DNA of 64,000 nt from an uncultured Acidobacteriota bacterium (lineage in GTDB: Bacteria; Acidobacteriota; UBA6911). The DNA lies in NCBI GenBank assembly GCA_963843575.1, contig CAWJKZ010000013.1, positions 766,891 to 830,890 on the forward strand, written 5' to 3'. Below are positions 29,925-40,217 of this stretch, one piece after another. Each line of letters starts with the position of its first letter. The first letter of the stretch is position 1. The notes below the pieces were generated by a model. The model did no database searches. It saw nothing but the letters and a program-made list of their open reading frames with translations, and had not been told where the DNA came from. A program made the translations under genes and the position numbers.

Positions 29925-30659
29925 ATGGATCGGAAAGTCGCGTTGATTACCGGGGGCGTGCGCGGGATCGGGCGCGCCGTCGCCAGGCTGCTGGCGGGGC
30001 GCGGCTGGGCCGTGGCGGCTTCCTATCGCACGAGCCAGGACGCTGCGGAGCGGTTCGAGGCGGAGATGCGTACGATGGACGCGCCGGGAACCGCCGTCCG
30101 GTGTGACGTCTCCCACGCCGCGGCGGCCGCCGACCTCGTGCGCCTGGTGGAGTCCCGGTTCGGCCGGGTCGACGCCCTGGTCAACTGTGCGGGCCCCTTC
30201 CACCGCGTGCCCCTGCTCGAGGAGACGCCGGAAGGCTGGCATTCGATGTTCGACAACAATCTCCACCCGGTCTTTTACCTCAGCCAGGCGGCGGCCCCGG
30301 GTATGAAGGCGCGGGGGTGGGGGCGCATCGTCAATTTCAGCATGGTCAACGCCGACCGCCTCTCCTCGCAGCCCAATATCACGGCCCACTACATCTCCAA
30401 GTGCGGCGTGATCATCCTCACCCGAACGCTGGCCAAGATCCTGGCCCCCTACGGCATCACCGTCAACGCCATCTCGCCGGGCTTCATCGAGACCGGTAGC
30501 GGAGTAGCGGAGGATCTCGCGGGGGTCGCCGCCAACATCCCGGCGGGTTATGTCGGCACCCCCGAAGACGTCGCCTCGGCCGTCGCCTACCTTCTCTCGG
30601 ACGAGGCCCGCTACGTCAACGGGACCAACCTCCACATCAGCGGGGCGTGGGGGATCTGA
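29925..30659 (+). CDS. SDR family oxidoreductase
   Basis: TGGVRGIG, LVNCAG, YISK catalytic YxxxK-like motif, VNAISPG. Confidence 0.92.
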   Translation: MDRKVALITGGVRGIGRAVARLLAGRGWAVAASYRTSQDAAERFEAEMRTMDAPGTAVRCDVSHAAAAADLVRLVESRFGRVDALVNCAGPFHRVPLLEETPEGWHSMFDNNLHPVFYLSQAAAPGMKARGWGRIVNFSMVNADRLSSQPNITAHYISKCGVIILTRTLAKILAPYGITVNAISPGFIETGSGVAEDLAGVAANIPAGYVGTPEDVASAVAYLLSDEARYVNGTNLHISGAWGI

Positions 30660-30725
30660 ACGGGCGCGAGTGCTTCGGGGGTGGATGGGAATTCGGGATT
30701 GCCCGCCCCACGGACCCGTGGCCAG

Positions 30726-31772
30726 CTACGCCTGGGGGCGGCGGAGGAGAGTGACGAGGTCGCTGAACAGGGCGAAGGCGGTCTGCTGCACGCTAGGGTT
30801 GTTTTCGACGATAGCCAGCTCCCGCATGGTGTCGGTGTTCAGGATCAGGATGTTGCTGAGCCCGCGGATCGCGGCCAGCGGGTCGAATACCTCCAGTTCT
30901 TCCGGTTCGACTTTGCCGACGACTTTCCCCCCCTGCCGGTACGCTCGGGCGACGAGCCGGATCCGGCGGTCGCGGCGGACCGCGGCGCGCACGAGTTTCC
31001 CGGTATCCTCCGAGATGCCTTCGCGCCGGATGTCCTCCGGTTTCACCGTCCCCCCCATCATCGCCTGAATCAGGATCGAGAGTTTGACGGAGGCGTCCCA
31101 GCCGTCGAGGTCGAGGCTCGGGTCGGCTTCGGCAATCCCCTGGTCCTGAACGTAGCGCAGGGCCGCGTCGAACGGCGCGCCCTGCTCGAGCTGGGTGAGA
31201 ATGTAGTTGGTGGTGCTGTTGAGAATACCCCGCAGCGATCGGATGCGCGTCGAAGGGAGCGTCTGGCGGACGAGGTTGAAGACGGGGGCCCCGTCCATCA
31301 CGGTCCCTTCATAGAGGAATCGGACTCCCCTGAGGCGCGCCAGCCGCGAGAGGGAGCGAAAGTGCGTCGCCACCGGCCCTTTGTTCACCGTGACGACGTG
31401 AAGACCGGCCTGGAGCGCCTCGCGGATGTGCGTGGCGGCGGGCTCGCCGCCCAGGTCGAGGACCGTCATCTCGAACAGCACGTCCGCACCGCACTGCCGG
31501 ATGAAGTCGGACGTCGAAGAGCAAGCTGGGCCGTTGTGGAACCGGTCGAGGCCGCTGCGACGCCCCGCCGCCTGCAGGACCTTGCCGGCCGGCAGCCCGG
31601 ACGCGTCGATGCACAACCCGTGGCCGCGGGTGGCGATGCCCGTGATCTTCCACTCCAGCCCAAACTCCCTCAGGAGCCATTTCCGGCGCTCGACGAGAAG
31701 CCGGCCGAAAGCACGGCCTACGTGCCCGAAACCCAGGAGGGCCAGGTTGATTTGTCTGGGCTCTGCGTTCAT
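30726..31772 (-). CDS. Homoserine dehydrogenase
   Basis: GFGHVG, VVTVNKGP, YEGTVMDGAP, GILNSTTNYIL, AEADPSLDLDGWD. Confidence 0.92.
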   Translation of the reverse strand: MNAEPRQINLALLGFGHVGRAFGRLLVERRKWLLREFGLEWKITGIATRGHGLCIDASGLPAGKVLQAAGRRSGLDRFHNGPACSSTSDFIRQCGADVLFEMTVLDLGGEPAATHIREALQAGLHVVTVNKGPVATHFRSLSRLARLRGVRFLYEGTVMDGAPVFNLVRQTLPSTRIRSLRGILNSTTNYILTQLEQGAPFDAALRYVQDQGIAEADPSLDLDGWDASVKLSILIQAMMGGTVKPEDIRREGISEDTGKLVRAAVRRDRRIRLVARAYRQGGKVVGKVEPEELEVFDPLAAIRGLSNILILNTDTMRELAIVENNPSVQQTAFALFSDLVTLLRRPQA

Positions 31773-31846
31773 CCTAAACCTCGCGTTGCAGGGTGCTTCC
31801 GCGGCCGTCGATCGTGCTCAGGGCCGTCGTTTTCCGGCAGTCCCGC

Positions 31847-33007
31847 TCACTCCGGGCGGGCGCCGGCAGTTCCCGTCCACTCCAGGCCGCCATGCACGAG
31901 CGACTGGAGGACCTCGTGGACGAGCTCCAGCGCCTGCCGCAGATACTCGGGCGGCGGGCCGTACCCGATCCGCAGATAACGGTCCATACCGAAGTGGTCG
32001 CCAGGCACGACGAGCACGCTCTTTTCCTGCAGGAGGCGTTGCATGAGCTCGGTCGAGTTGATCGGCAGGTCGTAGCGCACATACGCGATCGCCCCCGCGC
32101 GGGGCTCGATCATCCGGAACATCGAGCCGTGACCGCCCATCCACTCTTCGAACAGCGGGAAATTGACGCGACAGATCCGACGCGTCCGCTCCAGGCAGCG
32201 GCTGCGGCCGTTGGCCGAGAGCGCGACGCGGGCAAGGGCGTCGCTGAGGGTTCCCGGGGCAATGGTGGTGTAGTCGTGGTACGACCACATCTTTGCGACC
32301 GTCTCCCTGGGCGCCACGATCCAGCCGATGCGCAACCCCGGGAGCCCGTATGCCTTCGACAGGCCGTTGGTGACGATGACACGATCGTACCGGCCATAGA
32401 AAGTGGGCGTCGTCCTGCCGTCCCGCTCCGATCCCTGGTAGATCTCGTCGACCAGGAGCCATGAGCCCTGACGTTCGGCGATCCGGACGATCGCGTCCAT
32501 CTCCGCCCCGGTCAGGATCGCCCCCGTCGGATTGTTGGGATTGCAGACGACGATCATGCGGGTCTTGGCCGAAACGGCAGCTTCCAGCTCCGCCAGGTCC
32601 GGCGCCCAGTTCCGGCTTTCCTGTAGCCGGACCTCGCGCACGACCATGCCCAAACTGTTGGCGAGACCCCAGATCTGCTGGTAATTCGGGAGGACGATGA
32701 CGACCTCGTCGCCCGGCTCGAGCATCGAGTAGACGGAGACGAAATTGGCCTCGCTCCCCCCGTTGGTGACCTCGACGTTGTCCAGGGTCGCGCCCGGGTA
32801 CAGCGCCGCGATGGCCGCGCGCAGCTCGTCGGTCCCGTTGCTCTGGTTGTAGATCAGGGGAGTGTCGAGCAAACCGTCCAGGAAATCGGGGTCCGCGATC
32901 AAGTCACGCACGGACATCGGGTGCACGCTGCTCTCCGACAGGTTGAACCGCACGCGGTTCTCCCAAGTGGATTGCAGGCGTTCCATCGCGAAGGTATCCA
33001 GTCGCAT
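31847..33007 (-). CDS. Class I/II PLP aminotransferase
   Basis: CNPNNPTG, DEIY, GLSKAYGLPGLRIGW. Confidence 0.92.
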   Translation of the reverse strand: MRLDTFAMERLQSTWENRVRFNLSESSVHPMSVRDLIADPDFLDGLLDTPLIYNQSNGTDELRAAIAALYPGATLDNVEVTNGGSEANFVSVYSMLEPGDEVVIVLPNYQQIWGLANSLGMVVREVRLQESRNWAPDLAELEAAVSAKTRMIVVCNPNNPTGAILTGAEMDAIVRIAERQGSWLLVDEIYQGSERDGRTTPTFYGRYDRVIVTNGLSKAYGLPGLRIGWIVAPRETVAKMWSYHDYTTIAPGTLSDALARVALSANGRSRCLERTRRICRVNFPLFEEWMGGHGSMFRMIEPRAGAIAYVRYDLPINSTELMQRLLQEKSVLVVPGDHFGMDRYLRIGYGPPPEYLRQALELVHEVLQSLVHGGLEWTGTAGARPE

Positions 33008-33066
33008 CCACTGCTCCATTTCGCGCCACATGCCGGGTTCGACGCGAGTGCGATATTACAGCAATG

Positions 33067-35058
33067 TCATTCGCTCATGAGAAAAATGAGGGGGCGCACG
33101 TCGTCCTCGGGCGTCCACTCCCAGTAGCTGAGCAGGATCGTGTAGACCATCAGCCCGGTCTCCCCCTCGCCGAGGAAGAGGTAGCGCAGCGACTGCGTGA
33201 CGAGATTCAGGCGCGTCAGCCCGAGAAAGATGCTGATCGGATCGATGAGCTCACTGACGTAGGCGATGCTGTTGGCGATCGCGATCGCGCCGGACACGAC
33301 GATGACGTAGTTCCCCTTCTCCTGCGTGATTCGTACGTTCAGGGGGGACATGAAATCGCTGCGGTTGTCGAGCAGGTTGACGTGGATGAAGGCGACGGGC
33401 CCTCTCACGGCATAGTATCGCCGGATCTCCTCCGCCTTGCGGTCGCGGGCCTTCCGGGAGATCGTCCGGAGCGGGACGAGGTGTACCTTCTTGCCGCAGA
33501 GCGCGTGCCAGTGGTCGAGCGACGCGGCGTCGTCGAAGTGCAGCGCCGTGACCCGCAGTTCAATCGAGCGCCACGCGCGGCTGAGGGCGCTGAGCAGGAT
33601 CACGGCCGTGATGAAGAAGCTGGCGATGATGACCCCGTCGGGCCGCTCGACGACGTTGTCGCCGAGCGTAAACGCGAACACGCCCGCCAGCAGCCAGAAG
33701 AAGAGGCTGGCCAGCCGCGTGCGCCTGCGTCCCGGCGCCTCCTCCCCCGATTCCCGCCAGAGCGCGAGGGCAACCGCCACCGCGGCGGAGAGGATCAGAA
33801 CCAGTACTCCGGTGGCGTACGCCCCCCCTTGCGCCTCGACGTTGGCGTCGAACACGACCGTGACGATCACGTCGACGGCAAACAGGACGCCAACCAGCGG
33901 ACGGCCATAGGATACCCAGCGGGGCGCCATCCCGAAACGCGGCAGGTAGCGGGGGATCAGGTTGAGCAGCCCGGCCATGGCGGAAGCCCCGGCAAACCAC
34001 AGGATCACGATGGTGGAGACGTCGTAGACGGTCCCGAAATGCTCTCCCATCAGGCCGTGCGCGATGTAGGCGAGGGCCCGACCGCTGGCGGGGCCGCCGA
34101 CACGGTAGGCCTCCTCCGGGATCAGCAGGGTCGTCACGACGCTCGACAGGAGCAGCAGCACGCTCATGAGCGCCGCCGCCGTGCCGAGCAGTTTCCGGGT
34201 CGCCCGCACCCGCCCCAGGGGCGGGCCGTCGGACGAGTCCGCCCCGTCTCCGGACACCAGCGGCATCACCGAAACACCCGTTTCGAAGCCGCTCATCCCA
34301 AGCGCCAGCCGTGGGAATATGATGGCCGCCGCCAGCAGCAGACCGGTCCAGTCCCCCTGCAGCGCCAGTCCGGCGCGCCAGCGCTCCAGGTACTCCGGGT
34401 GTCGCACAATCTCGGCTAGGCCCCGGATCAGCACGGCAAAGTTGAGGGCGATGTAAGGGACCGCAACGACGACGGCGAGCCCAATCGCCTCGCCGAAACC
34501 GCGCATGAAAACGACTGCAAGCAGCGACAGCAGGACGAGGGTCACCGCAAGCCTGGCATCGCCGAGGTAAGGGCGGAGGTAGGGGTTTTCGATGGCGTGC
34601 TGTGCCGCGTCCGCCGCCGACAGGGTCATCGTGATGACGAAATCGGTAGCCGCGAAACCGAGCAGGACGAGCACGAAGAGCTTGGCGCGCCAGCCCGACA
34701 GGAGGTTCTCCAGCATCGCGATCGAACCCTGGCCCACGTAGGAACGGCTCGCGACCTGGGCGTAGATGGGGAACGCCCCGAACAGTGTTACGGCCACCAG
34801 TATGGCGGTGGCCAGAGGCGAAACAGCGCCGGCGGCAAGCAGAGCTATCCCCGGCTGGTAGCCGAGCGTCGAAAAATAGTCGACGCCGGTGAGCCAGAGG
34901 ACGCGGTACCACGGGTGAGACTTCTGCTTGGACTCGTGCTCGTCAAGGCGTTCACCCCGGATAAACCACTTGCCTAACGCGCTCCGCGGCGGCGCGTTCC
35001 AGCGCTGCGGCAGGTCCGGGATCAGAATCCGCTTGCCTTCTTCCGTTGTCGAGATCAT
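33067..35058 (-). CDS. APC-superfamily amino acid/ion transporter with cytoplasmic C-terminal domain
   Basis: GVDYFSTLGYQPG, SGFETGV, GAYATGVL; about 12 hydrophobic segments. Confidence 0.85.
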   Translation of the reverse strand: MISTTEEGKRILIPDLPQRWNAPPRSALGKWFIRGERLDEHESKQKSHPWYRVLWLTGVDYFSTLGYQPGIALLAAGAVSPLATAILVAVTLFGAFPIYAQVASRSYVGQGSIAMLENLLSGWRAKLFVLVLLGFAATDFVITMTLSAADAAQHAIENPYLRPYLGDARLAVTLVLLSLLAVVFMRGFGEAIGLAVVVAVPYIALNFAVLIRGLAEIVRHPEYLERWRAGLALQGDWTGLLLAAAIIFPRLALGMSGFETGVSVMPLVSGDGADSSDGPPLGRVRATRKLLGTAAALMSVLLLLSSVVTTLLIPEEAYRVGGPASGRALAYIAHGLMGEHFGTVYDVSTIVILWFAGASAMAGLLNLIPRYLPRFGMAPRWVSYGRPLVGVLFAVDVIVTVVFDANVEAQGGAYATGVLVLILSAAVAVALALWRESGEEAPGRRRTRLASLFFWLLAGVFAFTLGDNVVERPDGVIIASFFITAVILLSALSRAWRSIELRVTALHFDDAASLDHWHALCGKKVHLVPLRTISRKARDRKAEEIRRYYAVRGPVAFIHVNLLDNRSDFMSPLNVRITQEKGNYVIVVSGAIAIANSIAYVSELIDPISIFLGLTRLNLVTQSLRYLFLGEGETGLMVYTILLSYWEWTPEDDVRPLIFLMSE

Positions 35059-35101
35059 GAGCGAGACGCGGATACGATACGCTGCCGGGAACGGCTCCCC
35101 T

Positions 35102-36034
35102 TTAAGGAGAAACAGCCTGTGGCGAGAGTGCCTGCTCCACATCCCGCGCGAGCGTGTCCAGCGGCTGATAGTTGACGTAGTAGTTCTGCACGATCCCCCT
35201 GGCGTTGATCAGAAACAGCGTCGGGTAGACGTTCACACCGCCGAAGTCCTGCTGCATCTTCGCGGTGAGGTGACCCACGGGGAAGTTGAAACCTGCCTTC
35301 TTGACGTAGGCCGCCCGGTCCGCGTCCGTGTGGTCGAGTTCCAGTACCCGGTCCGCGTTTACCGCCACGACGGTAAAGTTGCGGGTGCCGAACCTCTTCT
35401 GCAGTTCCACTAGGTGCGGTGAAATCCTGACACAGGGCGGGCACCCGGAGAACCAGAAATAGAGCAGGTAGCTCTGGCCCTGCAGGTCGTCGGAAGCAAG
35501 CGTCTTGCCGTCGAACAGGGTGAGGCTGAACGGAGGCACGTCCCTGCCGACCCACCCCGTGAGGGTTCGTTCGAGCACCTGGCCGAAGCGCCGGTCGGCA
35601 CGGATCTTGTCGACGTCGACCGCCGTGATCTCGCCCGTCGCCGGATCGCGGGTGATGAACTTCGGAACCCTGGGATCGCTGTCCATTATGGAGAGGATTA
35701 CGGAGGCCTCCCCCTCGACCGGGAAATTGAACTGGCGCGAGATGTCGGCGAGACTCGGGACCTGTCCGGTGCTCACCTTGTACTGCGCCACGAAGAGCGG
35801 GATGCGGAAGAAAGTGTTGAACAGCCGGTCCAGCACCTTGCGCTCCTCGGGAGTCTTGAAAACGTTGTTGTAGAGGTCCGAAACCACCACGCGCGCTCCC
35901 GGCTTCACGTTATCCCTGAGATAGCGCACGATGCGCTCCTCGGTCTGGAGGTCCGGCTTCGCCTGCGCGCCGGCGGCGGCTTCGGCCCCGAGGAGCAGCG
36001 CCACAACCATCATCCTGAATGGACTCATTTTCAT
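35102..36034 (-). CDS. Exported TlpA/ResA-like thiol-disulfide oxidoreductase with extra N-terminal domain
   Basis: Signal peptide; FWFSGCPPC and VYPTLFLIN in the C-terminal thioredoxin fold. Confidence 0.85.
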   Translation of the reverse strand: MKMSPFRMMVVALLLGAEAAAGAQAKPDLQTEERIVRYLRDNVKPGARVVVSDLYNNVFKTPEERKVLDRLFNTFFRIPLFVAQYKVSTGQVPSLADISRQFNFPVEGEASVILSIMDSDPRVPKFITRDPATGEITAVDVDKIRADRRFGQVLERTLTGWVGRDVPPFSLTLFDGKTLASDDLQGQSYLLYFWFSGCPPCVRISPHLVELQKRFGTRNFTVVAVNADRVLELDHTDADRAAYVKKAGFNFPVGHLTAKMQQDFGGVNVYPTLFLINARGIVQNYYVNYQPLDTLARDVEQALSPQAVSP

Positions 36035-36112
36035 CGGGACATTGTAGCGGGTGGCGCCGGAAGCGACAACTCGAAGTCCGACGGTTCGAAACGGCAGGCT
36101 TGGGGGATGGGT

Positions 36113-39100
36113 CTACTCCTCCGGTGCCGCAGGCTCCAGGGAGTGCGGACCGGGCTGCCGCAGGCCCAGCCGGAGCAACCCGTTCTCGGGAGCGGGCAGG
36201 GGTGCGCCATCAAGCTGGAATCGGCTCGCGGCGTTGATCTCCGGAGACCGGATCTCCACTTCGGTGTCGGGCCGGGATGTGAGCAACGTGCCGCGCAACC
36301 CGTCCATCGAGGCGGTCACCGGCTTCGTGCTCAGGAGGCTGTGCGGGCCCATTCGGATTTCGCTGCCCGAGATCACGATCAATGCCGGAAACGCGTGGTT
36401 GCGCTCGCGGGCCACGACGCATTCGCCGACAAACCCCAGCGGGCCCGCCGTGCGCCTCGTCCCGGCATCCCCGATCGCCATCCAGTCCGCCCCGCCCACG
36501 CGGCCGATCCCAGGTCCCGCGGCCTCCATCTTCGGTGGCACGACACCCTTCTTTATCGGGAACAGGACGGTGGCGAACCGCCGCGATCCTGCCCACCGCA
36601 ACACGAGCGTCTCTGTCGCCTGACCGGAGCGGGGATTCCTGGCGTAGAGGCGGCCGCGGGCAGAAGAGTATTCTGCCGGGTCCGGAGACCACACCAGCAC
36701 GGAGACTTCCGGCGTGCGCCAGGCGGGCGGGGCCAGCGCGGGGCTGACCCAGCGCGCCACCTGGTCGACGCCGCGCGTCAGGGTGCCCCGGCCGTGGAGG
36801 AACCAGGCGACCTGCGTCCCGGGGTTGATGGTGTGCACCTCGTCGACGACGACGAAATAGCCGGGGCGCGCGGTCTCGGGCCTGACCATGACGACGTCGC
36901 GCTGCACTTGTCCGTGGTCGTACGTGGTGTCGGCGAGCAGACGCACATGATCGAACCGCCTCTGGTTCAGGAGAGACGCCGCGACGCCGGCGCAGTCGGC
37001 CTCGGCCTGCCCCGTCCCCTCGAAGGTCAGGGTGTTGGCGGCCTCGGTGCGGAACGACTCCTCGTAACCGGGGTCCCGCATCCGGGGATGGCCCGGACCG
37101 TGCAGCAGCAACCCGGAATAGCCGTGCAGATCGAACGAGAGGATGTCGCGGCCACGCGACGTCCACACGCTCCTGCCCGCGTTGATCGCGAGGTAAAGCG
37201 CGTCCCGGCCCGCCCCGGAACGTAACACGGCCACGCGACCGTCGCCCAGGACCGCGCTGGCGCCGGGGCCCGCGGCCGCGGCCGCCGTGCCGTCGTACTG
37301 AAAGAGCAGGAGGGGCGCCCGGGCGAAAAACCACAGCGGGCCCAGGTAGTGGGCCGAAAACCGTCCGGGACCGCCCCGCAGATACCGACCGCTGCGCCAG
37401 TAGTCTGCGACGGCGGCGAGGCACCTGCCGCGGAGCGGCTCCGGCATCTGACCGGCGACCTTGAGCAGGAATCGCGTCGACCGCGACGAGTCGTCGAGGG
37501 CAGTCTCTCCGAACAGGGGCAGCGTCCCCGCGGGCGAAAGAAGCTGCAGGACCGCGCCGACGTGTTCCCGGAGCACCGGCCGGGCGTAGTAGTCGGCAAT
37601 GCCCGCGTGCTTCAACCCATAGAGCAGGTCCGTCAGACGATCGAGGGCAAACGCCCCCGCGCCCGGACCCGCCCGGAAAAGCCCGCGGTCGAACTGACTC
37701 TCCAACGACCTGTCGACCGCACCTCGCGCAGTCACCACAAAGGGTTCGCAGCCGATGGCCAGCCCCGCGAGCCCGAGTCCGGAGGCCAGCGCCGGAGCCT
37801 CGGCCGTGTTCGCCCGCCACCCGGAGAGCGCCAGTTACAGGGGCAGGGCGAAGGAAAAGAGGGCCGCGCTCGATCTCCGCCCGGCTGCTTGCGACGGCAG
37901 TGCCGGGCGCACCAAGTCGTACGCAGCCGCATAATCCCGGCACGAGTCCGCAAGCGCAGCCATGTTCGCAGGCATGCCCGCCCCGGGCAGGTCGAGCAGG
38001 AGCCGATTGGCCAGCCGGGCGAAAATGCCCGATCCCGTTGCCCGGTACCGTATCGAGGCGTGCAGCGCAGTGAGACTTCGGCCCCGCGCCGATCCGAACT
38101 GAATCGAGGCCAGCCCCACCAACCGCACGCCCGCACAGAACGCGACAAAGACCAGCACGAACCTTGTCCCGCCGCGCTGGAACTGACGGCGGGAGCGCAC
38201 CCGGACCAGGACGAAACCCGCGGCCAGCACCGCGATCGTGAGGCCCAGCATCCCGGGGGTCGCGGTCGCCGGCGAGAGGATTGAAAGAGCGCAGGGCGAC
38301 GACACTCCAGCCGGCGAGCAATGCGTTCGTGCGCCGCCATGCCGCCCAGGGAGGAGACTCGAGCCGCCGACGGAAACCCTCGGCGTCCGCAACACCTAGG
38401 TACAGGGACCGCTCCGGCCGGCTCGCCCCGGGCTTGTACGACAGCAGTCCGAGGCTCGGCATCTGCCCCGGCAGGTCGAACAGGTGCTCGGCCAACGAAT
38501 ACAATGCCGCGCGCTCCAGGACGAAGGTCGCCGCGACACCTTGCGCGTCGGCGAAATCCGTGCGTTTCGGGTACCGGCAGGTGCCCGAATCGATGAAGTC
38601 GGAGAACCAGATCTCTACGCGCTGTGGGGCTTCCCGCGGCAGCATCGTCAGCGATGCCGAACGGTTTGGCTGCAACTCAGGGAGGGTCCAAGCCGGACGG
38701 CGCACCGGAACCGTGCTGATCGAGACCTTTCGTGGAAACCATTGGACACGGTTGATCAGAAAGGTCGATTCCGCGCCATTCCGCAGCCGCCCACGCACGT
38801 AGATGTCATTGGATTCAGACTCGATACGGAAAAGCGGATCCTTGCCCCCGGAGGCCAGGATCGCGCCCAACTCGGCCCAGAGGCCGGGGAAATCGTACTC
38901 AGCCGGGTACGGCAACTGGCTGCGCTCGAGACGAGCGGTCAACTCTGGGGTCGACGCCCAACAAACCTGCGCGGCGACGTAGCGCATGTTCCGGGAGGAG
39001 TCCGAGTGCCGGAAGTCGGCCGCCCACCTCTTCTCCTGCCGAAGAATCGTTGCGCTGTAGCTGGTTTCATCCCCCGCCAGCTTGAGGGAAAATCGCCCCG

Positions 39101-39251
39101 AGAGGCTGTATCCCGCAGAGGGATTCCAGGGCAGTGCACCGATTGCCGCTCTCAATTGCCCCAGCACGAAATTTGGGTCGTCAGCCGCGCAGGCCTCCGC
39201 CACACAGCACAACAGCAGTCCAAGCAACAGTCGCAGCAAATCTCTTTTCAT
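36113..39251 (-). CDS. Large exported/membrane protein with heparinase II/III-like C-terminal region (frameshifts ~38275 and ~37740-37850)
   Basis: Signal peptide; later frames give two hydrophobic helices, then AVLRSG, DILSFDL, ANTLTF and YFVVVDEV...WFLH, typical of the Hepar_II_III domain. Confidence 0.6.
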
Positions 39252-39381
39252 ACCACCACTTGGCCTCTTCGACGGTTTCCCCACCCTGGATTAATGGATC
39301 CGTAAAACGTGCGGGATCGGGCCGATCCCGCCCCCACTGCGCTACAGCCGGGGATCTTCGACTAACCCCCCCAACATCTCA

Positions 39382-39409
39382 GGGCCGCGCCGGGCCGCTG
39401 CGGCTCACT
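39382..39409. repeat. GGGCCGCG hairpin repeat copy
   Basis: GGGCCGCGCCGGGCCGCTGCGGCTCACT; see 21943-21970 and 14804-14828. Confidence 0.6.
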
Positions 39410-39420
39410 CGTCTCTTGAT

Positions 39421-39440
39421 TTTCACCTTTTATTCACCTA
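39421..39440 (+). promoter_or_regulatory. Candidate LexA/SOS operator
   Basis: TTCACCT direct repeat with 11-bp period (39422, 39433) just upstream of the DUF72-imuB-dnaE2 cassette. Confidence 0.5.
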
Positions 39441-39450
39441 TTCTAGACGC

Positions 39451-40215
39451 ATGATTCTTGTCGGCACCTGCGGGTTTCAGCATCGCGATTGGGTCCAGGT
39501 CTTTTACCCAAGGGACCTGGCTCCTGGAGCGTGGCTGGCTTACTACAGCCTCCGCTTCGAATGCTGCGAACTGGGCTTCACATCGTACAGAATTCCAGAA
39601 CCATTTGTATTTCAACAGCTTGTCGATGGTTCAAACGGCCGGCTGCAGTTCGTCGTGCGCGCGCCCGCTGTCCTGGTGAACAGAGACCCTGACCCAGAGC
39701 CTGCAGCCCGTTTTGTCTCGGCCGTCTCGCCGCTGGCGGAGGCCGGTCAGCTTGCAGGCATCCTGGCCGCCTTCGGCCCGGAGTTCGGCTTCAACCGGGA
39801 GAACTTCGCCCGGTTGTGCGCCATCCGCGACTCCCTGCCCAGAGCGACCCTGATCGCCGAGTTCGGGTGTTCGGACTGGCTGACCGGGAAGGCAGCCCGG
39901 CATCTCGGCGCACGCAACGTGGCGTTGGCGTGTATCGACGGCGCGGCCGAAGGGAGCGAAATGCCTTACCGGAGCGCGGCGACTCCGGCATACGTGCGCT
40001 TCCAGGGGCGGAACCACTCGAAATGGCTGCCCGGCGACGGCTCCGCCCAGCACGACTACCTCTACACCTGCGCGGAATTGGAGTCCGCCGCGACACGGTT
40101 GCGCCGGCTCGAAGGTGAATGCGGGCAGGTGCTCGTCCTGCTGAACAATGTCTGGCGCGGTCAGGCGGCGATGAACGCCCAGATGCTGCAGAAACTGCTT
40201 GGAAAGGGGAGATAG
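39451..40215 (+). CDS. DUF72 family protein (degenerate motifs)
   Basis: ILVGTCGF...W..FYP, WLAYY, YVRFQGRN, DYLY..ELE, NN...GQAAMNA. Confidence 0.85.
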   Translation: MILVGTCGFQHRDWVQVFYPRDLAPGAWLAYYSLRFECCELGFTSYRIPEPFVFQQLVDGSNGRLQFVVRAPAVLVNRDPDPEPAARFVSAVSPLAEAGQLAGILAAFGPEFGFNRENFARLCAIRDSLPRATLIAEFGCSDWLTGKAARHLGARNVALACIDGAAEGSEMPYRSAATPAYVRFQGRNHSKWLPGDGSAQHDYLYTCAELESAATRLRRLEGECGQVLVLLNNVWRGQAAMNAQMLQKLLGKGR

Positions 40216-40217
40216 CG

